The notes: a model not told the origin generated them from the sequence alone. A stretch of DNA of 64,000 nucleotides from Candidatus Eiseniibacteriota bacterium (GCA_963792585.1 CAWBWI010000002.1:1-64000), one strand, 5' to 3'; shown: positions 28,977-40,441, numbered from the stretch's first letter. Program-made: numbers and translations.

Positions 28977-30145
28977 TCGAGAGGCCGGCCGGAACCGTCC
29001 ACCACGATGCGGGGGAGGGCCGGGGAGAGTCCCGAGACGATGTCGTATGCGATGGTGTTGCACAGGGAGGCGATCTGCGCCGCGGTCACCGCCTCGCCTC
29101 CCTGATCTCCGATCAGGACGGCCTCCGACTCGAGTTCGAGTCCCTCGACGTCGGTCACGTCGACCATGAACAGATTCATGCAGATGCGTCCGAGCACAGG
29201 AGCGCGGCGGCCGCGCACGAGCACATGGCCGATCCCGGAGAGCCGCCGATCGAATCCGTCCGCGTAACCGACCGGAAGGACCGCGACCCGGGTCGGATGT
29301 GTCGTGCGGTGCGTGCAGCCGTAGCCGATGGAGGCCCCGGTGGGGGCGGTCTTCAGTTGCGCGATCCGCACCTTCCAGGTAAGGACGGGTCGCAGCGGCG
29401 TTTCCTCCTCACCCTCGAGGAGGCAGGAGAGCAGAGTCTCCTTCGAAGGCCACAGGCCGTAGAGCCCGATCCCGACGCGCACCATGTCGAATCCCGTCTC
29501 GGGCATCGTGAGGACCGCCGCCGCGCAGGCGCAGTGGCGGATCGTACCGGGCTCGCGAGCGCGCACGCGGGCGGCCGCCTCGGAGAAGATCTCGAGTTGC
29601 CGGTGGGCGTAAGAGTGATCGGTCGTGTCCTCGATGTTCGCGAAGTGGGTGGAGACGCCGGCGATCCCGAGGCCCGGAAGCGCTTCGATGCGGTCGAGGA
29701 ACGAATCGAGTTCCTCCGGGATGACCCCCTGACGATAGACCCCCGTCTCGACTTTGACGTGGCATCGGACTTCGCGTCCCGCGGAGGCGGCGGAGAGCGC
29801 CTCCAACGTTTCCAAGTTGTAGACCGTCACCTCCGCGCCGCACGCGACGGCGCGCCCGGCTTCCTCGCGGCCGAGGTAACCGAGGATGAGGATCGGCTTG
29901 TCCAGTTGGAGCGCGGCCAGTTGCTCGGCCTCGGCGATCGTGTGAACCCCGAAGCCGTCCACGCCGGAGCGGGCCGCGATTCGGGCGATCGGCTCGAGAC
30001 CGTGGCCATAGGCGTTGCTCTTGACCACGGCCTGGAGCTTGACGCCGGGCTGCGTCCGCCGGCGGAAGCTTCGAATGTTCTGCGCGAGCGCCTCCGCGTC
30101 GATCTCGATCCAGCTGATCCAGCCGCGCCTCGGGTCGTTCGTCAC
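28973..30145 (-). CDS. alr: Alanine racemase
   Basis: AVVKSNAYGHG, HVKVETG..RQG, THFA, VRVGIGLYG, IGYG, GYADG, GRICMN. Confidence 0.96.
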   Translation of the reverse strand: MTNDPRRGWISWIEIDAEALAQNIRSFRRRTQPGVKLQAVVKSNAYGHGLEPIARIAARSGVDGFGVHTIAEAEQLAALQLDKPILILGYLGREEAGRAVACGAEVTVYNLETLEALSAASAGREVRCHVKVETGVYRQGVIPEELDSFLDRIEALPGLGIAGVSTHFANIEDTTDHSYAHRQLEIFSEAAARVRAREPGTIRHCACAAAVLTMPETGFDMVRVGIGLYGLWPSKETLLSCLLEGEEETPLRPVLTWKVRIAQLKTAPTGASIGYGCTHRTTHPTRVAVLPVGYADGFDRRLSGIGHVLVRGRRAPVLGRICMNLFMVDVTDVEGLELESEAVLIGDQGGEAVTAAQIASLCNTIAYDIVSGLSPALPRIVVDGSGRPLD

Positions 30146-30825
30146 GCTTCCTCCTTCGCGGGAACCATGGCCTCCAACGCGTCACGTAGGGTTTGAGGCG
30201 GCGGGGTGATCTTCTCGACGAGCGATGCGAGGACCTCGCGGGTCGTCAGGATATCGTCGAGCGCCTGGTGGAGATTGCGTCCGCCGTGACCGAGGCACTC
30301 CGCGACCGCCGCGAGGCGGGCGCTCGGGAGCGGGCACCATCGCCGCGCGAGGGGAAGAGTGTCGAGGATCCAGGCGGCCGGCAGCTCCATTCCGCACAGG
30401 CGCATCTCCAGCCGGATGAACCGAAGGTCGAAAGCGACGTTGTGACCGACCCAGACTGCGCCCCGGAGCAATCGCATGATCTCGCCGGCGGCGGAGCTGA
30501 AGGCTCGGGCATGCCGGACCTGTGCCCTGCCGATCGAGTGGATCCGGCGCGCGTCCTCGGGGATCTCACGGCCGGGGTCGACGACCTCGACGAATCGTTC
30601 CGACCCTCCGCCGGCTTCGATCCGCTCGATCGCGATCTCAACGATACGGTCCCCCTCGTCGGCCCGCAGCCCCGTCGTCTCGACATCGATGAAGGCCAGG
30701 ACGACATCGGACCAGGGGGTATCCAGTGGGGGGGTCCTCACGGCGAAGAGCCCCGGCTCCTCGATCAGTACATCCTGCAACTCCTCGAGAGTGCGGGCGG
30801 ATTCCCACTGTCGCTTCGAACGCAT
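30142..30825 (-). CDS. DEDDh 3'-5' exonuclease (DnaQ-like)
   Basis: FIDVETTG, GHNVAFD, LHQALDD. Confidence 0.88.
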   Translation of the reverse strand: MRSKRQWESARTLEELQDVLIEEPGLFAVRTPPLDTPWSDVVLAFIDVETTGLRADEGDRIVEIAIERIEAGGGSERFVEVVDPGREIPEDARRIHSIGRAQVRHARAFSSAAGEIMRLLRGAVWVGHNVAFDLRFIRLEMRLCGMELPAAWILDTLPLARRWCPLPSARLAAVAECLGHGGRNLHQALDDILTTREVLASLVEKITPPPQTLRDALEAMVPAKEEA

Positions 30826-30924
30826 CGGTCTCCCTTCCTGTCCGGATGCTAGACTCCAATTGGGCCCGCTAGCCGAGTCTCCGCCATGCCCTATCCGGGA
30901 GGCAAGGCCGGGTCGCGGAGGAAA

Positions 30925-31305
30925 ATGGAAGAGCAGAGCATCATCATCGTCGGGGCGTCGAACAAGCGCGAGAGGTTCGCGAACAAGGCGGTGCGCGCCT
31001 ATCGGGATCTGGGATGGACCGTCTACCCGGTGCACCCTACCGAGACCGAGGTCGAGGGGATCCCCTGCTCGCCCACTGTGGCGGAAGTCCCCGGGAGGGC
31101 CTCGACCATGAGCCTCTACGTGCCGCCCGCCGCGGGGCTTGCCGTGGTCGGGGCCGCGCCGGCGAAGGGTGTTCACCATGTCTATGTCAACCCAGGGGCC
31201 GGCAGCCCCGAGCTGGTGGCGCGGATACGGGCGCTGGGGATGGATCCCATCGAGGCCTGTTCGATCGTCGCCATGGGCAAGCGGCCCGCCGACTACCCGG
31301 CATGA
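30925..31305 (+). CDS. CoA-binding protein (YccU-like)
   Basis: IVGAS....FANKAV, VYPVHP, NPGA, ACSIV; RBS GGAGG. Confidence 0.88.
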   Translation: MEEQSIIIVGASNKRERFANKAVRAYRDLGWTVYPVHPTETEVEGIPCSPTVAEVPGRASTMSLYVPPAAGLAVVGAAPAKGVHHVYVNPGAGSPELVARIRALGMDPIEACSIVAMGKRPADYPA

Positions 31306-31318
31306 GCCCAATCGAGAG

Positions 31319-32134
31319 ATGAGTCGGCGCGCAGTCGCCATTGCCGGGCTGGCTCTTCTGCTCGCGGGCTGCGCCGGTCGAGCCCCGCGGCCGCCCGATT
31401 TCGAGGCCGGTCCCTCCGGGGCGAGGGCGCTCATCGAGAAGTGGTCCGCGCGCCCCTGTCCCGACCGCATCGCAGGAGAGTGCGAGATGCGGGTGACGTC
31501 GGCCGGCGGGCGTGCCGTCCGTCTCTACGGGAGCTTTCGGGCCGCGTGGCCGGAACGGATGCGCCTCCAGGTGCGCTTCGGGCCGTTCATGCCGGTCGCA
31601 TCGATCGCCGTCGATCCGGATTCCACGACCCTCAGCCTTCCGCGCCAGAAAGCCTACTGGTCGGGCCCCGCGTCGGGGGGAACCGGTCCGGCGGGGATCG
31701 CGGGGGGCCTTGCGTTGCTCCTCTGCCCTTCCCCCCTCATTGGTTCCTTGACAGGGCCCGTGCTGGAAGCCGCCGGCGAGGACTGGATCCTACGCGGCAA
31801 CGGAAGGGTGGGGGGACGGGAGTCGATCGTCTCCGTCCGCCTGGACCGCTCCGGCGAGGTAGTTCGTGAGGTGCTCGTGATGGACCTGCGTGGGCGAGCC
31901 CTCGTCCGCGCCCTTCGCGAGGGGCGGCTCTCCGTGGGTGGTGCGACCCTGCCGCGGCGCATCCGGCTTGACCTCTCCGACCCCCCCGGGATCTACGACG
32001 TGGAGATCCTGCGAGCCCGTTCCGACCCGGACCAGCCTGCCGATCTCTTCCGGATTCCGCAGCCCAGGGGGGCCCGGCGTGTCGCGGAGGCCGATCTGTT
32101 GGAGCTTTTCGAGGAAGGGGCCTCCGATCGCTGA
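31319..32134 (+). CDS. Lipoprotein, possible LolB/DUF4292-like fold
   Basis: Lipobox LAGC; beta-rich; ends LPRRIRL...LFRIP.P.GA. Confidence 0.65.
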   Translation: MSRRAVAIAGLALLLAGCAGRAPRPPDFEAGPSGARALIEKWSARPCPDRIAGECEMRVTSAGGRAVRLYGSFRAAWPERMRLQVRFGPFMPVASIAVDPDSTTLSLPRQKAYWSGPASGGTGPAGIAGGLALLLCPSPLIGSLTGPVLEAAGEDWILRGNGRVGGRESIVSVRLDRSGEVVREVLVMDLRGRALVRALREGRLSVGGATLPRRIRLDLSDPPGIYDVEILRARSDPDQPADLFRIPQPRGARRVAEADLLELFEEGASDR

Positions 32135-32298
32135 AGCGGGCTGCGGCCTTTTGCCTTGCCCATGCCGGAATCCTCTGGTAGCCTGCCGGTTTGAGACTTT
32201 CCCGCCCCGAGGATGCAGCCAGAGCCACGCGGGGTCCGGGACGGCTTTTCGCGCCGTCTCCGGAAGAGTGGATACGTGTGACCTGCCCGGGAGGCCGA

Positions 32299-33087
32299 AT
32301 GAACATCGTCGTCTGCGTGAAGCAGGTCCCGAGCTCGGAAGCCCGAATCCAGATCGGAGCCGACGGACGGTCGATCGACCGCTCCAACCTGGAGCTGGTC
32401 GTCAATCCGTATGACGAGTACGCCGTCGAGGAGGCTCTGCGGGCCCGCGAGAAGTTCGGGGGGACGGTCAGCTGCCTCACGATCGGTCCCGCCAAGGCGG
32501 AAGAGATGCTGCGCACCTGTCTCGCCCTCGGCGCCGACCGGGCCCTGATTCTGAAGGAAGAGGCGCTCCAAGGGGGCGATGCGTTCGGCGTCGCGCGGAT
32601 CCTGGCGGATGCGATCCGCCCGCTCACCCCGGATCTGATCCTCTTCGGCAAGGTCTCCATCGATGTCGAGAACCATTCGATCGGCGTGGCGGTGGCCGAG
32701 TTGCTCGGGCTTCCCCACGTCTCCGTCGTCTCGAAGCTGGAGTGGGTAGACGAGACGCACCTGAAGGCCAGCCGCGAAGTGGAGGGGGCCACGGAACTGC
32801 TCGAGGTCGAACTCCCCGCAGTGCTGACGGCCGAGAAGGGGCTCAATGAGCCCAGGTACACCAGCCTGCCCGGAATCATGAAGGCGAAGAAGAAGCCGAT
32901 CGAGGAACTCACCGCCGCGGCCATCGGGGTCGACCCCGCCGCGGTCGGCGCGGGGGCGGCGCGCGTGGCCATCACCGGACTCGAGCCGCCGCCGATGCGG
33001 GCGGAGGGGAAGAAGCTCACGGGGGATGCAGGGGACGCCGTTCGGACCGTCCTTCGGGCGCTGCGGGACGAGCGAAAGCTCCTGTAG
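32299..33087 (+). CDS. etfB: Electron transfer flavoprotein beta subunit
   Basis: MNIVVCVKQVP, NPYDEYAVEEAL, REVEG, NEPRY.SLPGIMKAKKK. Confidence 0.95.
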   Translation: MNIVVCVKQVPSSEARIQIGADGRSIDRSNLELVVNPYDEYAVEEALRAREKFGGTVSCLTIGPAKAEEMLRTCLALGADRALILKEEALQGGDAFGVARILADAIRPLTPDLILFGKVSIDVENHSIGVAVAELLGLPHVSVVSKLEWVDETHLKASREVEGATELLEVELPAVLTAEKGLNEPRYTSLPGIMKAKKKPIEELTAAAIGVDPAAVGAGAARVAITGLEPPPMRAEGKKLTGDAGDAVRTVLRALRDERKLL

Positions 33088-33095
33088 GGGGATCG

Positions 33096-34085
33096 ATGGG
33101 ATTCGACGTACTGGTCTTCGCGGAGATGCGGGACGGGCTCTTCAAGAAGAGCGTGCACGAGTCGCTGTCGCTCGCCCGCTCCCTCACCGGGGGGGACGGC
33201 CGGGTCAGCGCTCTGCTGGTCGGGGCCGGAGTCGCTTCCAAGGCGGCCGACCTCTTCGCACGTGGGGCGGACGCGGTCGCCGTGGCCGACGACCCGGCGC
33301 TGGCGCGCTACAATTCCGCCTCCTACGCGCAGGCTCTCGCATCGGCGCAGGCGGCTCTCAAGTCCTCGGCGGTGCTCCTCCCGGCAACGGCGATGGGACG
33401 GGATCTCGCGCCCCGGGTCGCCGCCCGCTGGGGCGTGCCCGTGCTTGCCGAAGCGATCGAGCTCGCTCGATCGGCCGACGGCGGACTGGCGGCCCGCAAG
33501 TCGATGTTCGGCGGGAAGGCCTTCGCCAGCATCACGACCTGCGGCGCGCCCCCCTTCGTGGTGACCGTGCGCCCGGGCGCGTTCGCTGCCGCGGAGCCCG
33601 AGCCGGGACGTTCCGGTGAGACGATCGCCGTCACGGTGGGGCAGGATCCGTTGTCCCAGCGCGCCCGTGTGGTCGAGATGCTCGCCTCGGCCGGCCAGAA
33701 GGTCGATCTCGCGGAGGCGGAGATCGTCGTCTCGGGAGGGCGCGGCCTCAAGGGGCCGGAGAACTTCGCCCTGATCGAGAGCCTGGCGGATGCACTGGGG
33801 GGGGCTGTCGGGGCGAGCCGCGCGGTCGTTGACAAGGGCTGGATCGACCACCAGCACCAGGTCGGCCAGACCGGGGTCACGGTCGCGCCGAAGCTCTACG
33901 TCGCGTGTGGGATCAGCGGAGCGATCCAGCACCTCGCCGGGATGCGGATGAGTGGCTGCATCATTGCGATCAACAACGACCCCGACGCGCCGATCTTCAA
34001 GATCGCCGACTTTGGAATCGTCGGCGACCTGTTCGAAGTGATCCCGATCATGATCGAGGAAGTTCGAAAGATGAGGTCCTCGTAG
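33096..34085 (+). CDS. etfA: Electron transfer flavoprotein alpha subunit
   Basis: VVSGGRG, GASRAVVD, QVGQTG, GISGAIQH, APIF..AD.GIVGD. Confidence 0.96.
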   Translation: MGFDVLVFAEMRDGLFKKSVHESLSLARSLTGGDGRVSALLVGAGVASKAADLFARGADAVAVADDPALARYNSASYAQALASAQAALKSSAVLLPATAMGRDLAPRVAARWGVPVLAEAIELARSADGGLAARKSMFGGKAFASITTCGAPPFVVTVRPGAFAAAEPEPGRSGETIAVTVGQDPLSQRARVVEMLASAGQKVDLAEAEIVVSGGRGLKGPENFALIESLADALGGAVGASRAVVDKGWIDHQHQVGQTGVTVAPKLYVACGISGAIQHLAGMRMSGCIIAINNDPDAPIFKIADFGIVGDLFEVIPIMIEEVRKMRSS

Positions 34086-34088
34086 TCG

Positions 34089-34595
34089 ATGTTGCCGGAG
34101 CTCGCTCCCAAACCGGTATCCGCCTCACGCGCCGAGATGGTCGAGATGATCATGCCGAGCGAAGCGAATCCGCTTGGATCGGCCAGCGGCGGCGTGATCC
34201 TGCATCTGATCGACATCGCGGCCGCGATCGCGGCGTCCCGGCACTGCCGCCGCCAGGTCGTGACGGCGTCGTTCGACGAGGTCGATTTCCTCCACCCGGT
34301 ACGGGTCGGGGACCTGCTGATCCTGAAAGCTTCGGTGAATTTCGCAGGGCGGACATCGATGGAGGTCGGCGTCAAGGTCCTCTCGGAGAATCCGAAGACC
34401 GGGGAGACGCGCCATACAGCGTCGGCCTACACGACCTTCGTGGCCCTGGACGACTGGGGGCACGCGAGCCCGGTCCCGCCCCTTCTTCTCGAGACGGACG
34501 AGGACCGGCGACGCAACGATCAAGCGCGGGTGAGACGCGAGCGGCGGCTCGCACAGCAGAAGGGCCGGACGCGGGACGCCGCGGGCGGACGGTAG
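34089..34595 (+). CDS. Acyl-CoA thioesterase (hotdog fold)
   Basis: P.EANPLG...GG...ID, VVTAS, GRTSMEVGV, TFVALD. Confidence 0.9.
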   Translation: MLPELAPKPVSASRAEMVEMIMPSEANPLGSASGGVILHLIDIAAAIAASRHCRRQVVTASFDEVDFLHPVRVGDLLILKASVNFAGRTSMEVGVKVLSENPKTGETRHTASAYTTFVALDDWGHASPVPPLLLETDEDRRRNDQARVRRERRLAQQKGRTRDAAGGR

Positions 34596-34685
34596 AGACG
34601 GGGCCATCGGTTTCCCGGCACTCGGGAACCGCGGACGGCAGTATATGCGGTCCCTCAACGGAGGAGGCCGCGCGCGGAGGGAACC

Positions 34686-35516
34686 TTGAAGTACCGACTG
34701 CATCGGCAAAGGACGCTGAACGCGGAGTCCTTGGCCTCGTTGAAAGAGATCTTCCCCGGTCTGCGCGAGGCGGGCCACGGGCTCGATCTCATGCTCTCGG
34801 ATACGGATTTTAACCGTGAGGTCCCCTTCCGTCAGCTCGAGGATTTGCGGCGAGACCTAACGGAGGAGGGCGGGGTCCCGATCACCTGTCACTTGCCCTA
34901 TGTCGATCTGCACTTCGGCAGCCGGGACGCGAAGGTCCACGAATACGCCCGCGACTGCTTCTCCGAGGGGCTCGAGATCGCGAGCGTTCTGCGCGCGAAG
35001 ATCGCGGTGCTTCACGTCGGCTTCTCGAACCACATTCCCCCGAGGCGGGTCGAGACGTGGCGTGAGCGATTCGTCGAGAGCATCCAGGAAGTGGTTCGTT
35101 CGGCCGAGGAGGAAGAGATCGTTCTGGCGATCGAAAACACCTATGAGCCCGACGGACAGATGCTCCGCGACATCCTCGACACGGTGAACTCGCCGTTCTT
35201 GAAATTCTGCGCCGACCTGGGCCACGCGGCATGTTTCTCGCGCATGGCGCCGGAGGAGTGGATCGAGTCGTTCAAGGACAAGATCGTCCTGATGCATTTC
35301 CACGACAACGACGGTCAAGAGGACTTGCACCAGCCGTGCGGCGAAGGGGTCGTCGGCTACGATGTGGTCTTCGATGCGGTGAAGTCCGCAGACATCACCT
35401 GCCCCATCGTGCTGGAAGTGCCGGATGAAGGCTGGGACGCGTCGGTCGAGCACCTGAAGCAGCTCGGTTTCCCGTTCGGGGATGTTCCGGATCCGACCAA
35501 TGGAGACAAGGGTTAG
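34686..35516 (+). CDS. Sugar-phosphate isomerase/AP-endonuclease-2 TIM-barrel protein
   Basis: HLPY.DL, VLH, AIEN, DLGH, HFHDNDG..DLH, VLE; TTG start with RBS GGAGG. Confidence 0.85.
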   Translation: MKYRLHRQRTLNAESLASLKEIFPGLREAGHGLDLMLSDTDFNREVPFRQLEDLRRDLTEEGGVPITCHLPYVDLHFGSRDAKVHEYARDCFSEGLEIASVLRAKIAVLHVGFSNHIPPRRVETWRERFVESIQEVVRSAEEEEIVLAIENTYEPDGQMLRDILDTVNSPFLKFCADLGHAACFSRMAPEEWIESFKDKIVLMHFHDNDGQEDLHQPCGEGVVGYDVVFDAVKSADITCPIVLEVPDEGWDASVEHLKQLGFPFGDVPDPTNGDKG

Positions 35517-36421
35517 CGCAGGACCACCGCCGCGAAGCTGACGAGCGTGCCGAGCCTTCGGTCGATCGCCTGGCCGTAGTCGACAACGACGCCTGTGGAG
35601 CCGGGCAGGATGCCCAGCAGGGTCATGAGTGCCGGATAGCCGCAAATGCTCCGCGCGTTCTCATCCCGATCCATCGCGTCCCGGAACCCCTCCGTTTCCC
35701 CCGCCGAGACGTACTCCAGAAGCTCACGATCCCGCTCTTCCGTCGCCCGGCGCATCGCGTCGAAGTCGGTGGGCGCGCCCGCGCACCCAGGACCGATGTG
35801 GGTGAGATCGACTCCCGCGACCACGAGCGTCCGGCCATCCACCATGCCGCCGAGCCTTCGGGCGAAGGCCGCGATCCCTGCGGCCCGCTCGGGGGCCTCA
35901 CGGCCCGCGTCTGAGGATGTCCAGGGGAAGCAGCAGAGGATCGGGACGATGCGCCGATCGTCCCAGCCGGCGAGGGTGCGCCGAAGGAAGAGCGCCTGGT
36001 GGGCGATCGAGAGCTCGTCTCGGTGGAGGAGGCCTCCGGCGAGCGGGTCGAACGGTAGATCCTTGCCGAGGGCTCGGACGAAATCGCCGTCGACCGCGCA
36101 GGGACCGAACGGTGTCTCGATAGTCCGGTCGGTCACGACGAACGGCGGCCCCCCGCCGGCATGGCCGACCCCGAGAACCACTATCCGCCGCGCGGGGTGC
36201 TCTCGAAGAAGACGATAGGCGCTCCCGTAGACACGCGCCCCGCGGATCGGGTCGATGTGTGGCGCGACGACGGCCCGCGGAGGAGCGTTTCCGCCGATCG
36301 GCACGCCCTCATCGACCCATCGATCGATCCAGGGGCCGAGAACCGCCGGATCGGGGGGGACATTCCCCCCAGGGGTCCCGGATGGGGCGTGGGGCTCCGG
36401 TTCGGAACGTCTCGGGGACAT
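35513..36421 (-). CDS. MEMO1-like protein (AmmeMemoRadiSam protein B family)
   Basis: VAPHID, LGVGH, ETPFG, DLTHIG, ICG, VSFAA; RBS GGAGG. Confidence 0.8.
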   Translation of the reverse strand: MSPRRSEPEPHAPSGTPGGNVPPDPAVLGPWIDRWVDEGVPIGGNAPPRAVVAPHIDPIRGARVYGSAYRLLREHPARRIVVLGVGHAGGGPPFVVTDRTIETPFGPCAVDGDFVRALGKDLPFDPLAGGLLHRDELSIAHQALFLRRTLAGWDDRRIVPILCCFPWTSSDAGREAPERAAGIAAFARRLGGMVDGRTLVVAGVDLTHIGPGCAGAPTDFDAMRRATEERDRELLEYVSAGETEGFRDAMDRDENARSICGYPALMTLLGILPGSTGVVVDYGQAIDRRLGTLVSFAAVVLR

Positions 36422-36549
36422 GTGACCTCCTCCAGGGTGGGGATCGCGACGGACGGAGCGCTCAGCTATGCTCGGCTGGCACGCGGTCGACCACCCCGGC
36501 GCGAGGGTAACGATCGCGGGGGTCCGGGTCCACCCGACCGGAGGATGCG

Positions 36550-37957
36550 ATGGGATCCACAACGACTCCCGCCGCCAAGCAGTCGCGACGCATCTACATC
36601 GCCGCGATGGGTGGGCTGCTGGCTTGTCTGCTCGCGCTCGTCGTCGTCAACTCGGTCTCGACCTACCGCAAGGTCCGCATGCAGGTCGACCGGGAAATCG
36701 AGCAGCGGCTTCTGGCGATCGGTGGAGCGATCGCCCAGAACCTCGGGGGCGCGCATCCCGAGAGCCCGACCGCGGCGGATTCGCTCCGCTGGCTCGCGGG
36801 GGTGCGCGAAGACCTTCGTCGCATCGCGGCGGCCAGCGATCTCGGCGGCATCGAGGTGATCGACGTCCGCCGCCGCCATCTCGTGGGCACGGATGAGTCG
36901 ATCCATTTCGGAGAGCGCAATCCATTGCTGAGCGCGCAGCCGGAGGTGGCCGCCGCCCTCGCCGGGATTCCGGTCGCGACCGCGCTCTATGAAGCTCCCG
37001 AACTCCGAGGCATCTTCTTCAAGACAGGCTTCGTGCCGATCGAGGATTCGACCGGCGCGGTGTTCGGGGTGGTCGCCGTCGAAGGGGGATCCGGGTTCTT
37101 CGAGATCCTCCCGGCGCTCCGGCGGACCTGGTGGGCGACGGGACTCGCCTCGGCCCTGATCGCTGCGATCCTCGCCGTTCTCCTCTTCAGCGTATTCCGC
37201 GCCCTGGAGCGATCGGAGCGGAGTCTGCGCGCGACCGCCGCCCTGGCGAGCGCGGGGCAACTCGCCGCCGTCGTCGCCCACGAGATTCGCAATCCCCTCG
37301 CCGCCCTGCTCTCGCGAGCGGAGCGGGCGCAAGAGGAGCTCGAGGCCGGCGTCGATCCCAGACGCGTCGCGGAACTCCTCGGCGCGATCCCGGTCGAGGT
37401 ACGACGTCTCGACCGGATCCTGACGAACTATCTGAGCCTCGCGCGCGCGAGGGACGACGCGGGCAGTTGCGCGGTCGGAGCGATCGTCGAGGAGACGCTC
37501 GAACTCGTTTCGAGGGATCTCTCGCGGGCGGGGATCACGGTCGCGCTGAGGGGCGAAGCACGGGATCTGCGCGCGCGGATCGGGTCGGGACCCCTGCGTC
37601 AGGCGCTGCTGAACCTCTTCCTGAACGCGCGTGAGGCGATGCCCCAAGGGGGGAGTTGCGCGTGCGCATCGACGCCACGCCCGCGGCCGTCACGATCGAC
37701 GTCGAGGACACCGGCACCGGGATCGATCCGAGCGTGCGCAGGAGGATCTTCGAGCCCTTCTTCACGACGCGGCCGACCGGCTCGGGGTTGGGGCTCGCGG
37801 TGGTAGAGTCGATCGTACGCAGTTGCGCCGGACGCGTCGAAGTTCGGACGTCGACGGAGAAGGGAACCACATTCCTTCTGACCCTGCCGCGAGATGGAAA
37901 GGAGAGACGAATGGCGGAACGATCGACGCCGTTCCGGATCCTGCTGGCCGAAGATGA
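36550..37957 (+). CDS. Sensor histidine kinase (frameshift near 37650; 3' end uncertain)
   Basis: Two TMs, AHEIRNPL, LNLFLNA..AM, DTGTGI, FEPFFTT, GSGLGL. Confidence 0.88.
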
Positions 37958-39304
37958 GGAGACCTTCCGCGACGACATGGAGGCCGCGCTGCTCCGGCAC
38001 GGCTACGAGGTCGTTGCGGTCGGTTCGGGCAAGGAAGCTCAGGAACGGCTCGAATCCGAACAGTTCCACCTGGTGGTGAGCGACGTGCGGATGCCGCCTC
38101 CCGACGGACTCGAGTTGCTGCGCTGGGTCAAGAACGAGCGGCCCGAGGTCGAAGTCCTGATCCTCACGGGTCAGCGCGAGCTGCTCGAGAACCCGCGCAG
38201 CGCGCGGGACGCGATCCGCGACGGGGCCTTCGACTATCTGTCCAAGCCGGTCAGTTCATTCGATCTGATCACGAAGGTCGAGCGGGTCCGCGAGCGTTGG
38301 GACCTGCTCGCCGAGCGCGAACGCCTCCGTCGCTGGGCGTCGCGTCTTGCAGGGGAAGACCTCGAGGAAGGGCGGTTCGAGAATCTCGTCGCGCGGAGTC
38401 GCGCCGTGCTCGATCTCTTCAGTCTCGCCCGCAAGGTGGCCGTTTCGGACGCGGTCGTCCTGATCCGCGGTGAAAGCGGCACCGGCAAGACGATGCTCGC
38501 CGCCGCGATCCACAATCACAGCCTCAGGGCGGGCGCTCCTTTCGTGAAGATCAACAGCGGCGCGATCCCCGAAAACCTGCTCGAGAGTGAGTTCTTCGGG
38601 CACGAGCAAGGGGCGTTCACGGGCGCGGTGCGACGCAAGGAAGGGCTCTTCGAGGTCGCCGAGGGAGGTAGGTCTTCCTCGACGAGATCGGAGATCTTCC
38701 GCTGGCGATGCAGGTGAAGCTGCTGTCCGCGATCGAGGAGAAGCACTTCATGCGGGTCGGCGGCACGCAGTCGATCCATTGCGACGTCCGGATCATCGCT
38801 GCGACCCATCGAAACCTCGAAGATGCGGTGCGGGAGGGGAACTTCCGCGAGGACTTGTTCTATCGGGTCAACGTGTTCCCCCTGACGATTCCGCCTCTGC
38901 GGGACCGGCCCGAGGACATTCCCCTCCTGGTGGAACACTTCTTGATAAAGAAGGGGATGGACTCTGCACAGATTCGACCCGAGGCGATGCGGCTTCTCTC
39001 CGAGTATGCCTACCCGGGGAACATCCGGGAGCTCGAAAACCTGATCGAGCGGGCCGCGATTCTGGCGGGAGGAGCCCACCTCGGCCCGGAGCACTTCCCG
39101 TCGCTCCGGGGGCCGGAGTCGGCGCAACCACAAGGGCTGCCCGAGATTCCGGACGAGGGCGTGTCGATGGACGACCTGGAGCGGCGGTACATTCTGGCCG
39201 CTCTGGCGAAAGCGGGGGGAAACAAGAGCCGGGCCGCAGTCCTGCTCGGAATGACTCGAAGGACGTTGTATTCGCGGATGGAACGCCATGGAATCCGACC
39301 CTGA
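37911..39304 (+). CDS. sigma54-dependent response regulator, NtrC family (frameshift near 38665)
   Basis: Receiver domain (AEDE, SDVRMP, KP), GESGTGK, ESEFFGH..GAFTGA, FREDLFYR, PGNIRELEN, Fis-type HTH. Confidence 0.93.
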
Positions 39305-39369
39305 TCTGTCCCTCGAGGTTCACCGGGTGTCCCGGGGCGGCCATTCCGCGGAAGGCGGGTGATGTGTCC

Positions 39370-40424
39370 ATGCGTTCCCTGAAACGGACCATCCTGTTGT
39401 TGGTGTTCGGTTCGGCGCTCCTCGCAGCGTCCGCTACGGCGCAGCCTGGTGTCAGTTCCGATCCGGCGCGCGAACTGGAGAGGACCGAGCGGATCCTCGA
39501 GCGCGCCCGCGAGCAGGTCCTGGGTGTCTCGTGTCGGTGACGAGCCGCGCGGGGCAGTTCCTGAACAAGGCGCTCGAGCTGCAGGACAGCGCCCGGCGCA
39601 AGTACGTACCGAGGGACCACGCCACCTGGAGACCGACCTATCTGCTCACGATGCAATCGCGCGACCTTGCGCGACGCGCGCTCGAGACGGCCGAGATCGA
39701 GGTCAAGGCCCACGAATCGATCCGGGATCTGATCGAGTCGACTCGCGATCTCTCGCAGGACGCTGCGACACTCGTGCGCGAGAGCGGCGATCCCGAGGCG
39801 AAGCGGCTGCTCGATGGAGGATTGTGGCAACTCCAGCGCGCGGAGGATGCGTATCGGGCGGGGGAGTATCGCAAGGCGATCCGACTCGCGGCGACGGCGC
39901 GCGATCTGGTCCAGCGGGCGACGCAGCGCGCCCGGGGCGACGCGCCGGGCAGCATGGTCTCGGTGGAAGCGGCGATCGATCGAACCCAGGCCCTGATCGA
40001 GGAGGTTCGGATCCACCTCGAAGGCTTGTCCGATTCCCGTGCGCGAGGACTGCTCGATGAAGCCGTGAAGCTGCAAGCGAACGCCGTGGAGATGCAGAAG
40101 CAGGGGCGGCCGGCCCTCGCACTGCGGCTGACCACCCAAGCCCGTCAGGCGGCGCTCGAGGCCATGCTGCTCGTTTCCGCAAAGCCGGAGAAGGATGATG
40201 TCGAGCGCGCCCTGGCTGTCGTGGATCAGTTGATTCAGGATGCCGGCCCGGTGATTGCCGCCTCCGGCTCGACCGAGGCGGCCACGCTGCTCGACTCTGC
40301 GCGCCAGCGCGAGGCCGAGGCCCGCGGGCTGCTCGCGCGGGGCAAGACAACGCAGGCGCTCGCGACCGCGCGGATTGCCGAGGGGCTTCTTCATCGCGCC
40401 GCCGAAATGGCGGCGGGGCGCTAG
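39370..40424 (+). CDS. Exported all-helical repeat protein (frameshift near 39530)
   Basis: Signal peptide MRSLKRTILLLVFGSALLAASATA; recurring pattern A..LL..A..LQ..A......G....A..L...AR. Confidence 0.65.
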
Positions 40425-40441
40425 ATTCGGGGCCGGCCTGA

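Noticed and set aside
37656..38717. In-frame kinase-response regulator hybrid
   Set aside because: A clear RBS (AAGGAGA) precedes ATG 37911, and one indel would end the kinase at TGA 37957. Given the error rate, an artefact is more likely, though not excluded.
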